Below are positions 1 through 11,445 of a stretch of DNA of 64,000 nucleotides, one piece after another. Source of the DNA: Patellaria atrata CBS 101060 (lineage: Eukaryota). How positions within the stretch are numbered: the first letter of the stretch is position 1; every line of letters begins with the position of its first letter. The translations under genes were made by a program, and so were the position numbers. The stretch lies in assembly GCA_010093705.1 (NCBI GenBank), contig MU006091.1, positions 1,612,001 through 1,676,000 of the forward strand. The letters are read 5' to 3'. The notes beneath the pieces were generated by a model. That model had not been told where the DNA came from. It did no database searches and was given only the letters and a program-made list of their open reading frames with translations.

Positions 1-3000
1 TGGCGATGATATAGACGAAAGAAGACATCGTAAAAGTGATCGTAATGATCGGCACCTTAATTATCAATGCGGAACATCATTATGATAACGCTCAGGTTTC
101 TATCAAAGCAGTCTGAAGCACCAGTCCTCCCTTTCTCTCAATTTCTACAATGCCCTCTTCACTTTCGAATCTTCCTTTTTGTATTACTCAAACGGCGGGA
201 CCCTCTGGCATTGATGGGTATTGCCTCGCTCCCGGGGTTCCAAATAGTGCAAACCCACCTGGATGAGCGAGAGCGCAAGATAGAATGATCATGATGACGG
301 GAAAAGAGTAAAGGTGTTTACCGCCTTCCGATTGCGGCATTCGCAGAGTTCGTAGATCACAAGTACCAGGTCAAGGCCGTGTGCCTCCTTCCTCTATATA
401 AAGTTCTTCCTCTTACTTCTTCTTCAAACATCCCTCCTTGAGCAAATGCCAAATCTCGACTAGGGAGGGCTGAGTAGAGTTCCAGAGTTTCAAAGTCTCG
501 CAAATAATTGCTAGTGAAAAAAAGCAACTGTCACTATTCGGAGCTCTCACCCACATGTCTAACTTAAAGCTTCGTGTTTAGAAATTTAGGAATTGGGGAA
601 AGGAGCGTGACTACCCGATTTTGAACGCCTCTGGGTATTATAATACAGAGGAAGGATCTAGTTTGTGAGTAATGATAATGATCATCATTATTTTTCAACC
701 AGGCCTTGATATGCTAAGTCTAAGACCTGGTGGAGTTGCTGTCACTAGATCATGCTCTGCCTTCTTTTATCCATATAATACTCGTCGTCATGATTCTTCT
801 CTGTCTTTTGTTTCTTTCCCATTGCCTTCTCTCACCAACGAGCTTTACGGCGGAAGTAGTGGGCGAAGAGGAAGGGCTGAAGAATCAATCCTCATATATT
901 GGGCGGGGGAAAGCTCGTCGAAAGTTGGATAGAACTGCCATTGTGTTTAGGAGAAACCGGCCATAGAATGAAAGAAGATGTTTGGAGGCGATGCGTTCCT
1001 ATTCCGTTTTGGGGACCATTTAGATCGAGAAGATGAAGAGAAGTAATCGTAGCGATACTGAGTATCTTCATCTTCCGTTTCAACATCAGCTTGCGATCAC
1101 AAGTCCATACTCTTAAATATCTTGACATCATAGTCACCAAATATGACTCCTCTTCCTTTCTTATTTAACCCCTTTTGTCCGTTTCACATTCTCTCATATA
1201 CCACCTCCGCAACGGCGGTTTTGAGCATGAAGAGGGTAGCAAGACGAGTGGATGGGGATCTGGCAGCCGATTTTCCGTTTACCACACAATTAGTGCCTGT
1301 GCCGAAGCATTCCGTAGGAACTGTGAAGACTTGGGTCGGTGTGGTTATCATTACACCTCTTGGACCTACTCGAACTCTTACCCACTAAAATTCCATCCTC
1401 TTCTCTCCTCCACTCTTCACAAATAGAGTCTGTATGATTTTCTGTCGATGTGGGAATCCCTCTACCCCTCAAATCGAATGTAACTATGTCTGCTCCTCGG
1501 AGACAATTATTACTCAACGCAGAGGCTGTGAAGAGGTGGAAAGAAATTCAAAGAATGCTTGAGGTAGGGTACAGGACGTTAATATGGATGTAAGGTAGAA
1601 TGTAGCGTGTCGAAGCGAATATGGCGTCAGGTGAGTAACGGACTAAGACTATGAATGAGAATGAGTGTGAATCTATCAGACGATAGTTATATGCATTGAA
1701 GGCATAGTCGCATGACTGAGCGGGCCCGAACTTGCTGCTCTTTTCACTATATAAGCCCTAAACCCTTCTTTTTCACTCTCTTCTCTTTCTTTATCGGTGG
1801 TTCAGGGTGCGGCAACACGAAATAATTTATCTCGAGCCGAAAGTCATTGGGGTCTGGATCCTAAATAAGTGTGAGGGCAGTGATGCTAATATGAAAAGAG
1901 AAGATATATTGTGGAGGTAGGGATCAAAGGGAATGGGTACGGGAGGAAACGGTAGTTATGCTAATAATGATAATTGTATTTGATACTTCGAAGCTGAGCT
2001 ACCGCACACAGTGTTACTACTCCTCATTAACATTCTCATATGGCTGATATCATCACTTGGCAGCTCCTCTTATAGGCCTTGTCTACGTAGTAGGGCCTAC
2101 TCCCAATGAATTTTGTCACTTTTCGATTCTTATTTAGTACTTCTGTACACGCCAGCAGATATTCTTACAACACATAATCCCAGAGCGCATAGAGAGTGGA
2201 GAAAGAAGGAGGAGAAAAAAATTCATTTCGGAACGATATGCACCCTAGCTGCTCTATTAGGGCTACCGTAAATTTACCGCCTTCTGGAATGTGGGGCGAG
2301 AGGTAGACGGAATACAGTGGTCCGGGTCTGTAAATGCACAGAACATTCTCAAGACTTGAATAGTTTTGCTCCCACCGACAATTCACGCTCTTTTCCTTAC
2401 ATCCTTCTCTTTGACTAGTGCGCTAACTTTGTGGTAGACATACCATACAGGTCTTCTTACGTGGCCATGTCAAGAACATTAATCCACCTCATTCATCAAT
2501 GCTCTTTTTCCCCAGCGCTTCTCTTTACGTAGTAGTCGAAACGTTGGTACATACCTATACCTTTACCAACGATCAACGATATCCGCCCTGAGGAGAGGGT
2601 TGATAAACAGAAACAATCTTTCTACACATATGCAATGCGCTGAATCATAGAATATTTCCCGAGAGAGTTGAAGCAGGGCCATGTCACGATTGTATAGATC
2701 CAAGACAGCACTTATGGAAAGAAAAAGATAAGGATATTTTTATGACTCCCCGCTAAGTGGGAAATCTTCCATGTGCCTGGATCTCCAAGGACTGTACTAT
2801 TACCAGGAACGCCATAATAGTTTAGAGTCTATATTTCCATGGAATAGCTTCATCACTCATGAGAAATCCAATCCTGAATCGTAATCCTACAGCTGAAGCG
2901 ACTGGCGTAGCGAGTACTTCTACTGAAATAGTGAAACGTTCTATTACATGAAGTAGACGCGCAATATGAAGGAGGAGAAGAATAATAGGATCAATATTTA

Positions 3001-3431
3001 TTCTGGTAATTTGGTGATCTAGGGGAAGAGATATGAAGTGAGGTTGAGTTCAGACGGAAAGTTCAAGGAACAAAGATTTCCCGCTGTCAAAACTTCCACC
3101 GCGTTAGTTCTAGGAAATTCAAACCTCCCGTCCAAAATTACCAACACCCTGCTAAACATCACCATTATGCTATCTGTCATTAGGGAGCATAAATCACAAC
3201 TTATGGAAGATCAAAGATTTCGGAGCTGATAGTACTTGTACAATGATAGAAATAATGCAGACTAGCTACCGTGTCCTCAGACATTGTCCCTCTCGTATCA
3301 CGTCTGGCAACTTGATTTCATACAAATACAAAAGTCATAATGGGTATCTTCCCTAAGCCTGAAAGTAACTCATATCTCTCTCAAATATTCTCCAATTCCT
3401 ATTCGGTTCAGACATCCATTCTTTTCAACCG

Positions 3432-4790
3432 TTAGCTAGACAATCCATCTTCCCTCTCCAGCCTAGCTCTCCTGAACAAGTCCTCCAAGTTGACGGGTTG
3501 TTGTTGTTGCTGGCCTGTCTGTTGTTGACCGGTCTTGAAGAGATTCAGAAGATTCGTGGATTGCTGTTGTTGGCTGGTCTGTTGCGCTCCGGTCTTGAAG
3601 AGATCCAGAAGATTGGCGGATTGTTGTTGCTGATTCCGCTGTTGCGTGTCCTTTTTGAACAGAGCCTGCAAATTGACTGGTTGCTGTCGCTGGGCAGGTT
3701 GTTGGATACTGGGAGTTGGTTTTGGAGGATTGCCTGGTCCTAACCCGGAAGTACTTCTGAAGAAATCCGTATCTGGCGTATTAACAAAGCGTGGTTGAGA
3801 ATGTGACAGTCGGGTAGGAACATCAGAGCTGTAGGGAGAGGATTGCGAGTGTGATGGTTGTGTGACGGTCTCAGGGCTATAGGGAGGTGGGTGTGTTTTT
3901 TGTTGCGACGGGTTTGGGGAGACCGTAGCGCTGTGATGGATGCGAGGTTGTGATTGCTGCGGTATTGTAGCAGAATCTGCTCTGTAATAACCGTGTGCTT
4001 GCGAGTGCAATGGCCGAAACATTGTATCTGCACTGTGGTGATTGTGTATGCTCCACGAACTATCCTCTTTCCTTTCTCTTTCGAATAGATCCCGTAATGA
4101 GACATGTCTTCCCATCGGCACGCTACCCGTCGCTTCAGATTCCGACTCTTCTATTGCAGCGTTCCCGGTTCCATTTCCGTTGCTGTTGTGTGCGATTGCG
4201 CGCTCAATCACCATACGACTGTTTTCAGCATGGGCCGCACAATCTTGAATAACCTTCGCGTTAATCTCCCGCGTCCTCTCTGTCGAGCTTGGCGCTGGCT
4301 CTGAAAAAATCCATATTCCAAAGATCTTCACATGTGTCCCTTCGCTACCGTTGCCAGCATCGCCCTCCCTCATCTGCAAAATTACATACTCGGCCGTGAT
4401 CTCTACATCTTCCTTCCTCTCTAGCCCGAGTACGAAATTCTCCAACCCTCGTCTGTTCAAAATGATGACGCAGAATCGGTCTTCGCCAAGTGGACCGGGG
4501 GTTTGTGAGCAGACGAACAGAGTTCCTTCGATTCCATGCTTTTCCCATTGTTGACTGGTAGGTGAGAAGACGTAGATGACAGCATAGGGAGCGATAGAAA
4601 GGATGGAGGTCACGGTGTCATTATGTCTTTGTAGGACCGCGAGATTGAGTTCAGCATTTGTGCGGGGAGGCGGAGCGGGTGGAAGGGCATCCGTCTCGTA
4701 GTCTGAGGCTAGTATTTGCTGTTGCTGCTGTTGTGGGGGTGGTAGGTTATGAGGTGTTTGGTTTCGAGGTCTCGATTTACGTGTTGACAT
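3432..4790 (-). CDS. DCP1: mRNA decapping enzyme regulatory subunit Dcp1 (EVH1 domain + long Q/P-rich C-terminal extension)
   Basis: 452-aa single-exon ORF. N-terminal LNLAVLQRH...SILSIAPYAVIYVF...WEKHGIEGTLFV...IILNRRGLENF...IFGIWIF matches the Dcp1 EVH1 pattern. Confidence 0.92.
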   Translation of the reverse strand: MSTRKSRPRNQTPHNLPPPQQQQQQILASDYETDALPPAPPPRTNAELNLAVLQRHNDTVTSILSIAPYAVIYVFSPTSQQWEKHGIEGTLFVCSQTPGPLGEDRFCVIILNRRGLENFVLGLERKEDVEITAEYVILQMREGDAGNGSEGTHVKIFGIWIFSEPAPSSTERTREINAKVIQDCAAHAENSRMVIERAIAHNSNGNGTGNAAIEESESEATGSVPMGRHVSLRDLFERERKEDSSWSIHNHHSADTMFRPLHSQAHGYYRADSATIPQQSQPRIHHSATVSPNPSQQKTHPPPYSPETVTQPSHSQSSPYSSDVPTRLSHSQPRFVNTPDTDFFRSTSGLGPGNPPKPTPSIQQPAQRQQPVNLQALFKKDTQQRNQQQQSANLLDLFKTGAQQTSQQQQSTNLLNLFKTGQQQTGQQQQQPVNLEDLFRRARLEREDGLSS

Positions 4791-5261
4791 CGTGAGAGAG
4801 AAGACGGGACGGTAACAAGTAAAGTCTTAGGTGAGAAGCTAGATCTATCTTAAGGTTCTATCAAGATGAAGGCCAAGCATTTATAAGAGAATCAGGCAAT
4901 CGTTCAAATGAAGCTGTGTAGCGCAAACGAAATAGGTCATTTGGAAGTTCTCTAAGGTATGATGATACCGAGATCTACGCCTTTGTGGCTGGAGCCTTCC
5001 TTGTTGTTGATCATCGTCCCGCACCTGCGGCTGTACTGTAGAACTACCATATGCACCACCGACCTCATATGTTGACGTCGTACATAAACTAGGCGGCTCT
5101 AACTCACAAAGCAAAATCTCACGCGGTTCCCGAGACCTTAGTTCTATACAGTCATAAAGATGGATGCGCACTGCCGCCTTCCGACTACTTAGGATATTGC
5201 CCACATCTCGAGGCCTCCACTACAAAGGTGCTCTCTGCCGTAGGGCCCGCAGGCATCCATT

Positions 5262-8200
5262 ATGGCGAAGAATAATAAACCCGACGAAGATGCGTCCACT
5301 GATTTCCTCGATCAGTTGATGCCTGGAGCGTTCCCGGACTCTAAAGATGCAGAAGTTTCAAGTCATCAGACTCTGTCACAAGCTGTCTATGCCCGACGCT
5401 CGGAATACACCCGACCAAAAACCATCAGGATAAAAGTTGGAACATGGAACGTCGCGGCGCTCAAAGGGACAGAAAAAGATATTGGAAGCTGGTTTATCAA
5501 GGGCAAAGGCGTTGATGAGGCGCTTGGTGGGCTATCTATATCTGATTCCCAGGAGGGTCGCGGAAAAGACGGGAGGGAACGTGTTGAACAACAAGAAGCA
5601 CGGTCTAATAACAAGATCACAACAAGTCCTGTAGGAGATGACGGAGTGGTATCCGGTGGAGAAGAGGTGGAACTTTATGTTTTGGGGTTGCAGGAACTCG
5701 TGGACATCTCTTCTCCCGCCGAAGCGCTTCGACCGTATACTGATCCAGGCGCGGCGAATAGGTTCAAGACTGCTCTCGAGTATGTCTTGCCAGCTGGCTA
5801 TCAGTTGGTTTCAGAACAACAGCTGTTTGGAGTGTACCTTGTCATTTACGCTTCTCCTTCCATCTTTCCAGAAATCAAGTCGGTGAGCACAACCAGCGTT
5901 GGGACAGGACTGATGGGTTATATGGGGAACAAGGGTGCAGTCACAACACGAATAGTTCTTGGTGAAACGACACGGTTGGTATTTATCAATTCACATCTTG
6001 CAGCTGGTGCGGACAAGGCGTCTTTAGAACGAAGAAATTGGGACGCTAGCCAGATCATGTCGCGTACTAGGTTTGATGCTATCACGGACTCTATGGGCCT
6101 GCACCAAAGCACAGGAGAAAAGATTGGTGATGAAGACTTTGCGTTTTGGTTTGGTGATCTTAACTATAGATTAGAGGGAATGGCCGGTGATGATGTACGG
6201 CGTCTCCTTACACTACATGCGCGCGACGAATATGATGTTCAGCGGGTTAGAAGGCCCATTAGGGAGAGCACGCGCTCTGATACTGGGAACGAAAATTCCG
6301 TCATCCGTTCTGGATCCCCAATTTCCATTAAGAGCGTCAATACGGATCCCACACTGTCCGATAACCCTGACTCTCCCAACGCCGACCACAATATCTTTGA
6401 GCAAGATGTCATCCCAGCCGAGTTCGATCCCGCATCCCTTCAAACGACTCTTCTATCTCTCTTACCTCACGATGAGTTAATTCAGCAACAAAAGGCTCGT
6501 AAAGCCTTCTATGAAGGATGGAAGGAAGGTCCGATAAAATTCATGCCGACCTACAAATATGATGTAGGTAGTGTAGGAGTCTTTGATTCAAGTGAGAAGC
6601 GTAGGTGTCCGAGCTGGTGCGATCGTATTCTCTACCGGACACGACGGGATAAAGTGGCTTATGAAATAAAAGTCAAAGCCGAAGAAGAGGCTAAGAAGAA
6701 GGATGAGGAGATGAAAGCTAAGGGCATGGACAAAGCAGTCGATGATGAAGATATCCTCTTTGACTACGACCCCGATGCTGATGGTGATGTTTCATACGAC
6801 GAGGATTTCGCGGAGACAGAGCCAGAGGTTGTGGTAACTAGGGAAGGGTTCGAAGACGAGATTGAACAGGAATATTATACATCACACCATCGTATCTTAT
6901 CATCCGACCACAAACCTTTGGACGCCGTGTTTAAACTTAGATACGATGCCGTTATTCCTGAACTCAAGGCAAAGGTGCACGCAGAAGTTGCACGCGACCT
7001 CGACCGCGCTGAGAATGAAGGACGACCTAGCGTGACCATCATTGTTGATCACGGATCTACCAACGGACGAAACGCGCCGGAATCTGAAGGCGTCGACTTT
7101 GGTGATATTCAATATGCGCAGACAAAACGGCGAAGCATCACGATCGCGAACACCGGGCGCGTCTCTGCAACTATTCGCTTCGCTGATCGTCCTACCGAAG
7201 AGAGTCAACCTACCGAACCATTCCCACCTTGGCTCTCTACCAGCTTCGACCGCGAACCTGACAAGAAACCACAAGGAGCCCAAGCGAATGACAACCACGA
7301 TAGCTACACGCTCGAGCCGGGTGACACATGTAGCGTAGACCTCGCGCTGAAAGTCACAGGAATGGACCGCGTCCGCGAACTAAACGAAAATCACTACGCA
7401 CTTGAATCGATCCTAGTCCTCCGAGTCGAGAATGGCAGAGATCATTTCATCTCTGTCCACGGCCACTGGCAGCAATCCATATTCTCGCGCTCCATCGACG
7501 CACTGACGAGAATTCCCGAAGGCGGCATAAGAGCTCTCCAGCACCAAAAGCCGCGCGACACACCAGAACCAGGACATGGAAAATCAGAAGTAAAGTGGTC
7601 AGCGCCCCGCGAACTATTTCGGCTGACAGAAGCGATAGAAGAACTCGTAGAGCGGACGCTTGCGGAGTGGGACATGACATCTCCGTCGTCCTCCACCAAG
7701 AAACCCTGGGAAGCGAATGCAGGTTGGCCGTTCGCACAAGAGAGTTGGACGCTTACTGACCTTGAATTCCTCGAAACCCTCAGTGGGAGAGTATATGAAG
7801 CGCTCGACACAGATAAACCTCTCACCACTGCCTTTGCCAGCGAGACACCCTCTCTCCACCGTCTCGAGATCCTCGCACATACCCTCCTCTTATTTCTCCA
7901 AAGTATAACAGACGGCGTCATTACGGCGGAACTCTGGACAACCCTCGAACCCCGCATCATCCAACTAGAGAAATCCAAATCTCAACTAAGAGTCGAAGAT
8001 GAACGCACCGCGATAATGGAAGCCCTCTCCACCACACCCAGTCACAATGTCTCTTTCGTCCTTCTCACATCCATGCTGTCGCACATCGAGTCCCTCATCA
8101 CGTCCGCAGTCAAAGATTCCGCCATCGGGGTCGGGAGTGGGACTTCAAGATCAAGCATCGACATACCCTCGAGTCCACAGTCTCCGAAAGCGACGGTGCG

Positions 8201-8381
8201 GCGGAAGACCCTTTCCAAAGATCCTGTGGTTGCGAGGAGGCAGGTCGTGCAAAGAGCTCTCGCGGCTGTGTTTGCAGAGGTCGTGGTCAGGCTTCCGGAT
8301 AGGTTGGGAGGGAAACAGAGGAGGGATGCGGAGGAGAGGGCTGTTAGGGTTTTGGAGGTGTTTCTTAGGTTGGATAATTGA
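5262..8381 (+). CDS. Inositol polyphosphate 5-phosphatase, OCRL/INPP5B-like (5-phosphatase + ASH + RhoGAP-like)
   Basis: 1039-aa ORF with 5-phosphatase motifs GTWNV, GNKGAV, FINSHLAA, WFGDLNYR, PTYKY, PSWCDRILY and SSDHKP, followed by an ASH-like segment (FGDIQY...ITIANTG) and an APRELFRL RhoGAP-like tail. Confidence 0.92.
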   Translation: MAKNNKPDEDASTDFLDQLMPGAFPDSKDAEVSSHQTLSQAVYARRSEYTRPKTIRIKVGTWNVAALKGTEKDIGSWFIKGKGVDEALGGLSISDSQEGRGKDGRERVEQQEARSNNKITTSPVGDDGVVSGGEEVELYVLGLQELVDISSPAEALRPYTDPGAANRFKTALEYVLPAGYQLVSEQQLFGVYLVIYASPSIFPEIKSVSTTSVGTGLMGYMGNKGAVTTRIVLGETTRLVFINSHLAAGADKASLERRNWDASQIMSRTRFDAITDSMGLHQSTGEKIGDEDFAFWFGDLNYRLEGMAGDDVRRLLTLHARDEYDVQRVRRPIRESTRSDTGNENSVIRSGSPISIKSVNTDPTLSDNPDSPNADHNIFEQDVIPAEFDPASLQTTLLSLLPHDELIQQQKARKAFYEGWKEGPIKFMPTYKYDVGSVGVFDSSEKRRCPSWCDRILYRTRRDKVAYEIKVKAEEEAKKKDEEMKAKGMDKAVDDEDILFDYDPDADGDVSYDEDFAETEPEVVVTREGFEDEIEQEYYTSHHRILSSDHKPLDAVFKLRYDAVIPELKAKVHAEVARDLDRAENEGRPSVTIIVDHGSTNGRNAPESEGVDFGDIQYAQTKRRSITIANTGRVSATIRFADRPTEESQPTEPFPPWLSTSFDREPDKKPQGAQANDNHDSYTLEPGDTCSVDLALKVTGMDRVRELNENHYALESILVLRVENGRDHFISVHGHWQQSIFSRSIDALTRIPEGGIRALQHQKPRDTPEPGHGKSEVKWSAPRELFRLTEAIEELVERTLAEWDMTSPSSSTKKPWEANAGWPFAQESWTLTDLEFLETLSGRVYEALDTDKPLTTAFASETPSLHRLEILAHTLLLFLQSITDGVITAELWTTLEPRIIQLEKSKSQLRVEDERTAIMEALSTTPSHNVSFVLLTSMLSHIESLITSAVKDSAIGVGSGTSRSSIDIPSSPQSPKATVRRKTLSKDPVVARRQVVQRALAAVFAEVVVRLPDRLGGKQRRDAEERAVRVLEVFLRLDN

Positions 8382-9060
8382 AGCGCGGGTGAGGCGGTGT
8401 GTTAGAAGGAGGGAAGATACCTGGTGCTGGTGGATTTCTTGGTACATTAGAGTTCTGTAGAAGTAGTTGGGGACGAGAGTGATATCGTTGTACCTTAAGG
8501 TATCTCTCTGGCGAATGCTTCCTCTTAGTGTATAAAGGTGGGATGGTGGCATCGCATGGGTTGAAATACAATGTTTCCCGCACTCAAGAGTTTTCCGGAA
8601 GTTAATGCGGTTCACAATGCTTTGATTTGATATTGTTCCGCGTTTTGCTTTTATCTGACCTTACCTTGCCATGTTCGGCTAGTGTGGGACTTGACGGGTG
8701 TGGCAGATTGTGTTTGGGGAAGGGTTACCCCTTGGCGTCGAGCTTGTCTGGACGTCGTCCTGCTAGTGTGTTGGTGGAGAAATCACAGAAACATTAACTT
8801 AGATTTTAGAAGCTTGATAATTGATAACCTGGTACAATTTGAGTCCTAGCGTTTTGCCTCGAGTCATTGTTGTATATAGTGTGCGTGAAAGTTCTCTTGA
8901 GGATTTGATGGCTGAAACAACTATTAGGCATTGATAGCACCAAATGATAAACCGTCGACTCCATTCCATTACCTCAGTTCGTAGCTCCCAGTAGAAGGAT
9001 TGTCCTTTTCTTTCCTTAAGATCCCACTTGTGTTGAGAAACCCAACTGAAAAAAATTGGT

Positions 9061-9240
9061 TCTGCATGTAGCAGCATTGCTTGCAAAAACTGGGCATATT
9101 TATACACCCGCCATAAGTGTGTATGTATGAAAAACCAAAGTTTTGGGTACCGAGAGGCAAAAGACAGAACTTTTAAGATCTGCATATAGAAGCGGTATGA
9201 ATAAAAAATTGGGCATATTTATACACCAGCCACAGGTGTT
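9061..9240. repeat. Degenerate direct repeat, about 60 bp unit, about 120 bp period
   Basis: tctgca...tgggcatatttatacacc.gcca.a.gtgt occurs at about 9061-9120 and about 9179-9240. Confidence 0.75.
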
Positions 9241-9291
9241 TTGTTTATCCACCCACCAGCAAGCACCCACACTACTGGATAAACGTTAGCA

Positions 9292-10537
9292 ATGCCGAAG
9301 AGGAGCAGCGATCTGCCTACCGGGACTGATAGTGTTGAATTATCAGAGAACCGGGGCGTGAGTCCCACTGCTGCAACCATGACCTGAGAAAATACTTCGT
9401 GCAGAAGAGACCTTTAGAGCCTCGGTAGGACAGACTAACTTGCTGCTAGGGTGGAAACGACAACTAACGCACTGTGTTTAGACAATTAAGGCTCCCAGCG
9501 GCTTGAACCCATCGCGTTGACTGACGGAAGGTAGATAAAATTGACAACTATCGGCTGACAACACCATTCGCAAGCCTGAAAGAGCGGCTTGTGGAACCGA
9601 AAATCTTGGTCTGGCGCAGGTTCTTTCTACGCCTTGCAAGGGCCAGCATCCCACACACACGTACCCTCCGAGTACAGAGGGGAAGCGATAGACAATATAG
9701 ATCTAGTAAGCATCTGTCACAGTAGTGTACGGGTTGAAGTATACGTACTAACTGTACAACATCAAATAATTCTAACCGAAGTGGCGCCTATGTTTAGGTA
9801 TGAGAATCTCCGAGTATCCATACCTAAGACACGTATACGCATCACCGAACATCCCGGGCGGGATGCCGTATGGCTCAATAGAGTCATATCGTTCTGCGGG
9901 AAGTGCTTTCTCGCAGGGCGTCCGGAGGATGCTTACGAGCCGTCACGCTGCCCTCATAGGTCGCATGCTAGCCGCAGGACGGCTGCAGTACAGACTGGGG
10001 TTGGAAAACCAGCCTCTTCTTCCGCCACCTGGTGGACAGTCTACCGGTACGCCGGGGGACTAGGGTATTATACAAAGCGACCTAGGGGAGGCGGACGCGC
10101 GGAGGGTACGGGTGGAGTACGAGCAGAGGTGTATTGCGGCGGCGGACAGGGACGCGCAGTACGACCGTGTCAGGGAGCGGCTCCTAAGGGAGTTCAACAC
10201 GCTGATGGGATGGGGGGTCTCCCGGCCGTTAGGCCCCTTTCATACCCTACGCGTGTTCGTACAATGCCTGCACCGTCCCTACAACAAATACGGCACACAC
10301 CAGTCAATCGTGACGGGAGCGGGGCGTATGTTGGCCTTTGTACAGTATATGGGATCTCCTGCCTAGGAGGACAACAGGGCTACGGACTCGGAGATGGAGG
10401 TACGGGTACTTTTGGCGCGTTGGATGTTGGAGGTAACGACACGAGGGATTCTCATAGCACCGGATCTGCAGCGCGCCAGGTTATCACTGCACAGTTTTCT
10501 CATTATGCCTATGATTGTGTATTCCTTCCAATGCTGA
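9292..10537 (+). pseudogene. Possible decayed spliced gene of unknown family
   Basis: ATG at 9292 followed by a GTGAGT donor (9358). Candidate intron 9706-9797 (GTAAGC...TACTAAC...TAG). ORFs 9800-10063 and 10112-10366 share a frame and are separated only by TAG stops. Sequence is TA/GTAC-rich. Confidence 0.3.
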
Positions 10538-11445
10538 CCACTCCCCCCTTATTTATTGCACAGAAACAATTCCTCCATTCCTCATTCTTCGCGGTTTCCC
10601 GCGCATCGAAAATGGTCAATGATCCCATGGATGTTTCCAACCGAGCAACGCAGGACCGTCCTTCTTAGCGCGGTACATCAACTGTAGACACTATCAGCAT
10701 CTATCATTTATGAGCTTCCGATTATCTTACAAAAAACCACATTCCAGCGCCTAAACCAGTCGCCGCAAAGCGGTAGAAGCGAGGAGCGGGATGGACATGA
10801 ATTGGGTGACTTCCGTGGGCATGAGCTCGACCAGGCCCAGCCATAATGTGGGGAGTGGCTTTTGACTATCAATTAGAATTAGCAGGATGCTTCAGAGTTT
10901 AACAGCACATTTTTTACATACTTCAGGCCCCTGAGAGAGGAAAAGCAATTGTACTTGAGATCTGGCGTGACTTTTCGAATTGATCCACCAGGGAGACGGA
11001 TGAAGTGAGGTCGTGAATGATAGCTAGGCGTCGGTATTATTCAGGTTCCGCACAACTTGGCAGATTTGCAGCTCGATCAACAAGACAGAGCAAGGGTGCG
11101 ATGAATCGAGGGCCTAAAGGGGCCGTGCTTGCATCTTTAATCCTCTCACTTTTGGCCGTCAATAGCTTTTCCTTCCCATTGTTGCGCCTCGAACAATACA
11201 ATTGTCATCCGACCCTCCATTATTTAGAGAACTACTGTCATCAATCCTATTGTTGCCAGTTTATCTATTGACAGTATTTCCTCGAGCTCATGACCATAGC
11301 TCGCCCTTCTTCGCCGCCTACATGTCGCGTCACAAGTTTCAAGCTCGACGGAATTCTTCTAGCTTGAATCCATTACAAGCACCTTTATCCTCCACGAATT
11401 CTTGAACTCTTCAAAATCATATCACAATTCGTTCACATATCTACA

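Noticed and set aside
1..3230. Short ORFs and a stop-riddled minus-strand frame (about 700-1140)
   Set aside because: No recognisable motif or consistent exon structure. It may be a decayed gene but cannot be supported.
6900..8615. Antisense and alternative-frame ORFs over the 5-phosphatase (also over BUR1, the MORN/RING gene and the SNT1-like gene)
   Set aside because: Shadow ORFs of GC-rich coding sequence.
9589..10668. 359-aa ORF as a real CDS
   Set aside because: GTG start, off-frame-looking composition and no domain. It overlaps a more protein-like broken frame.
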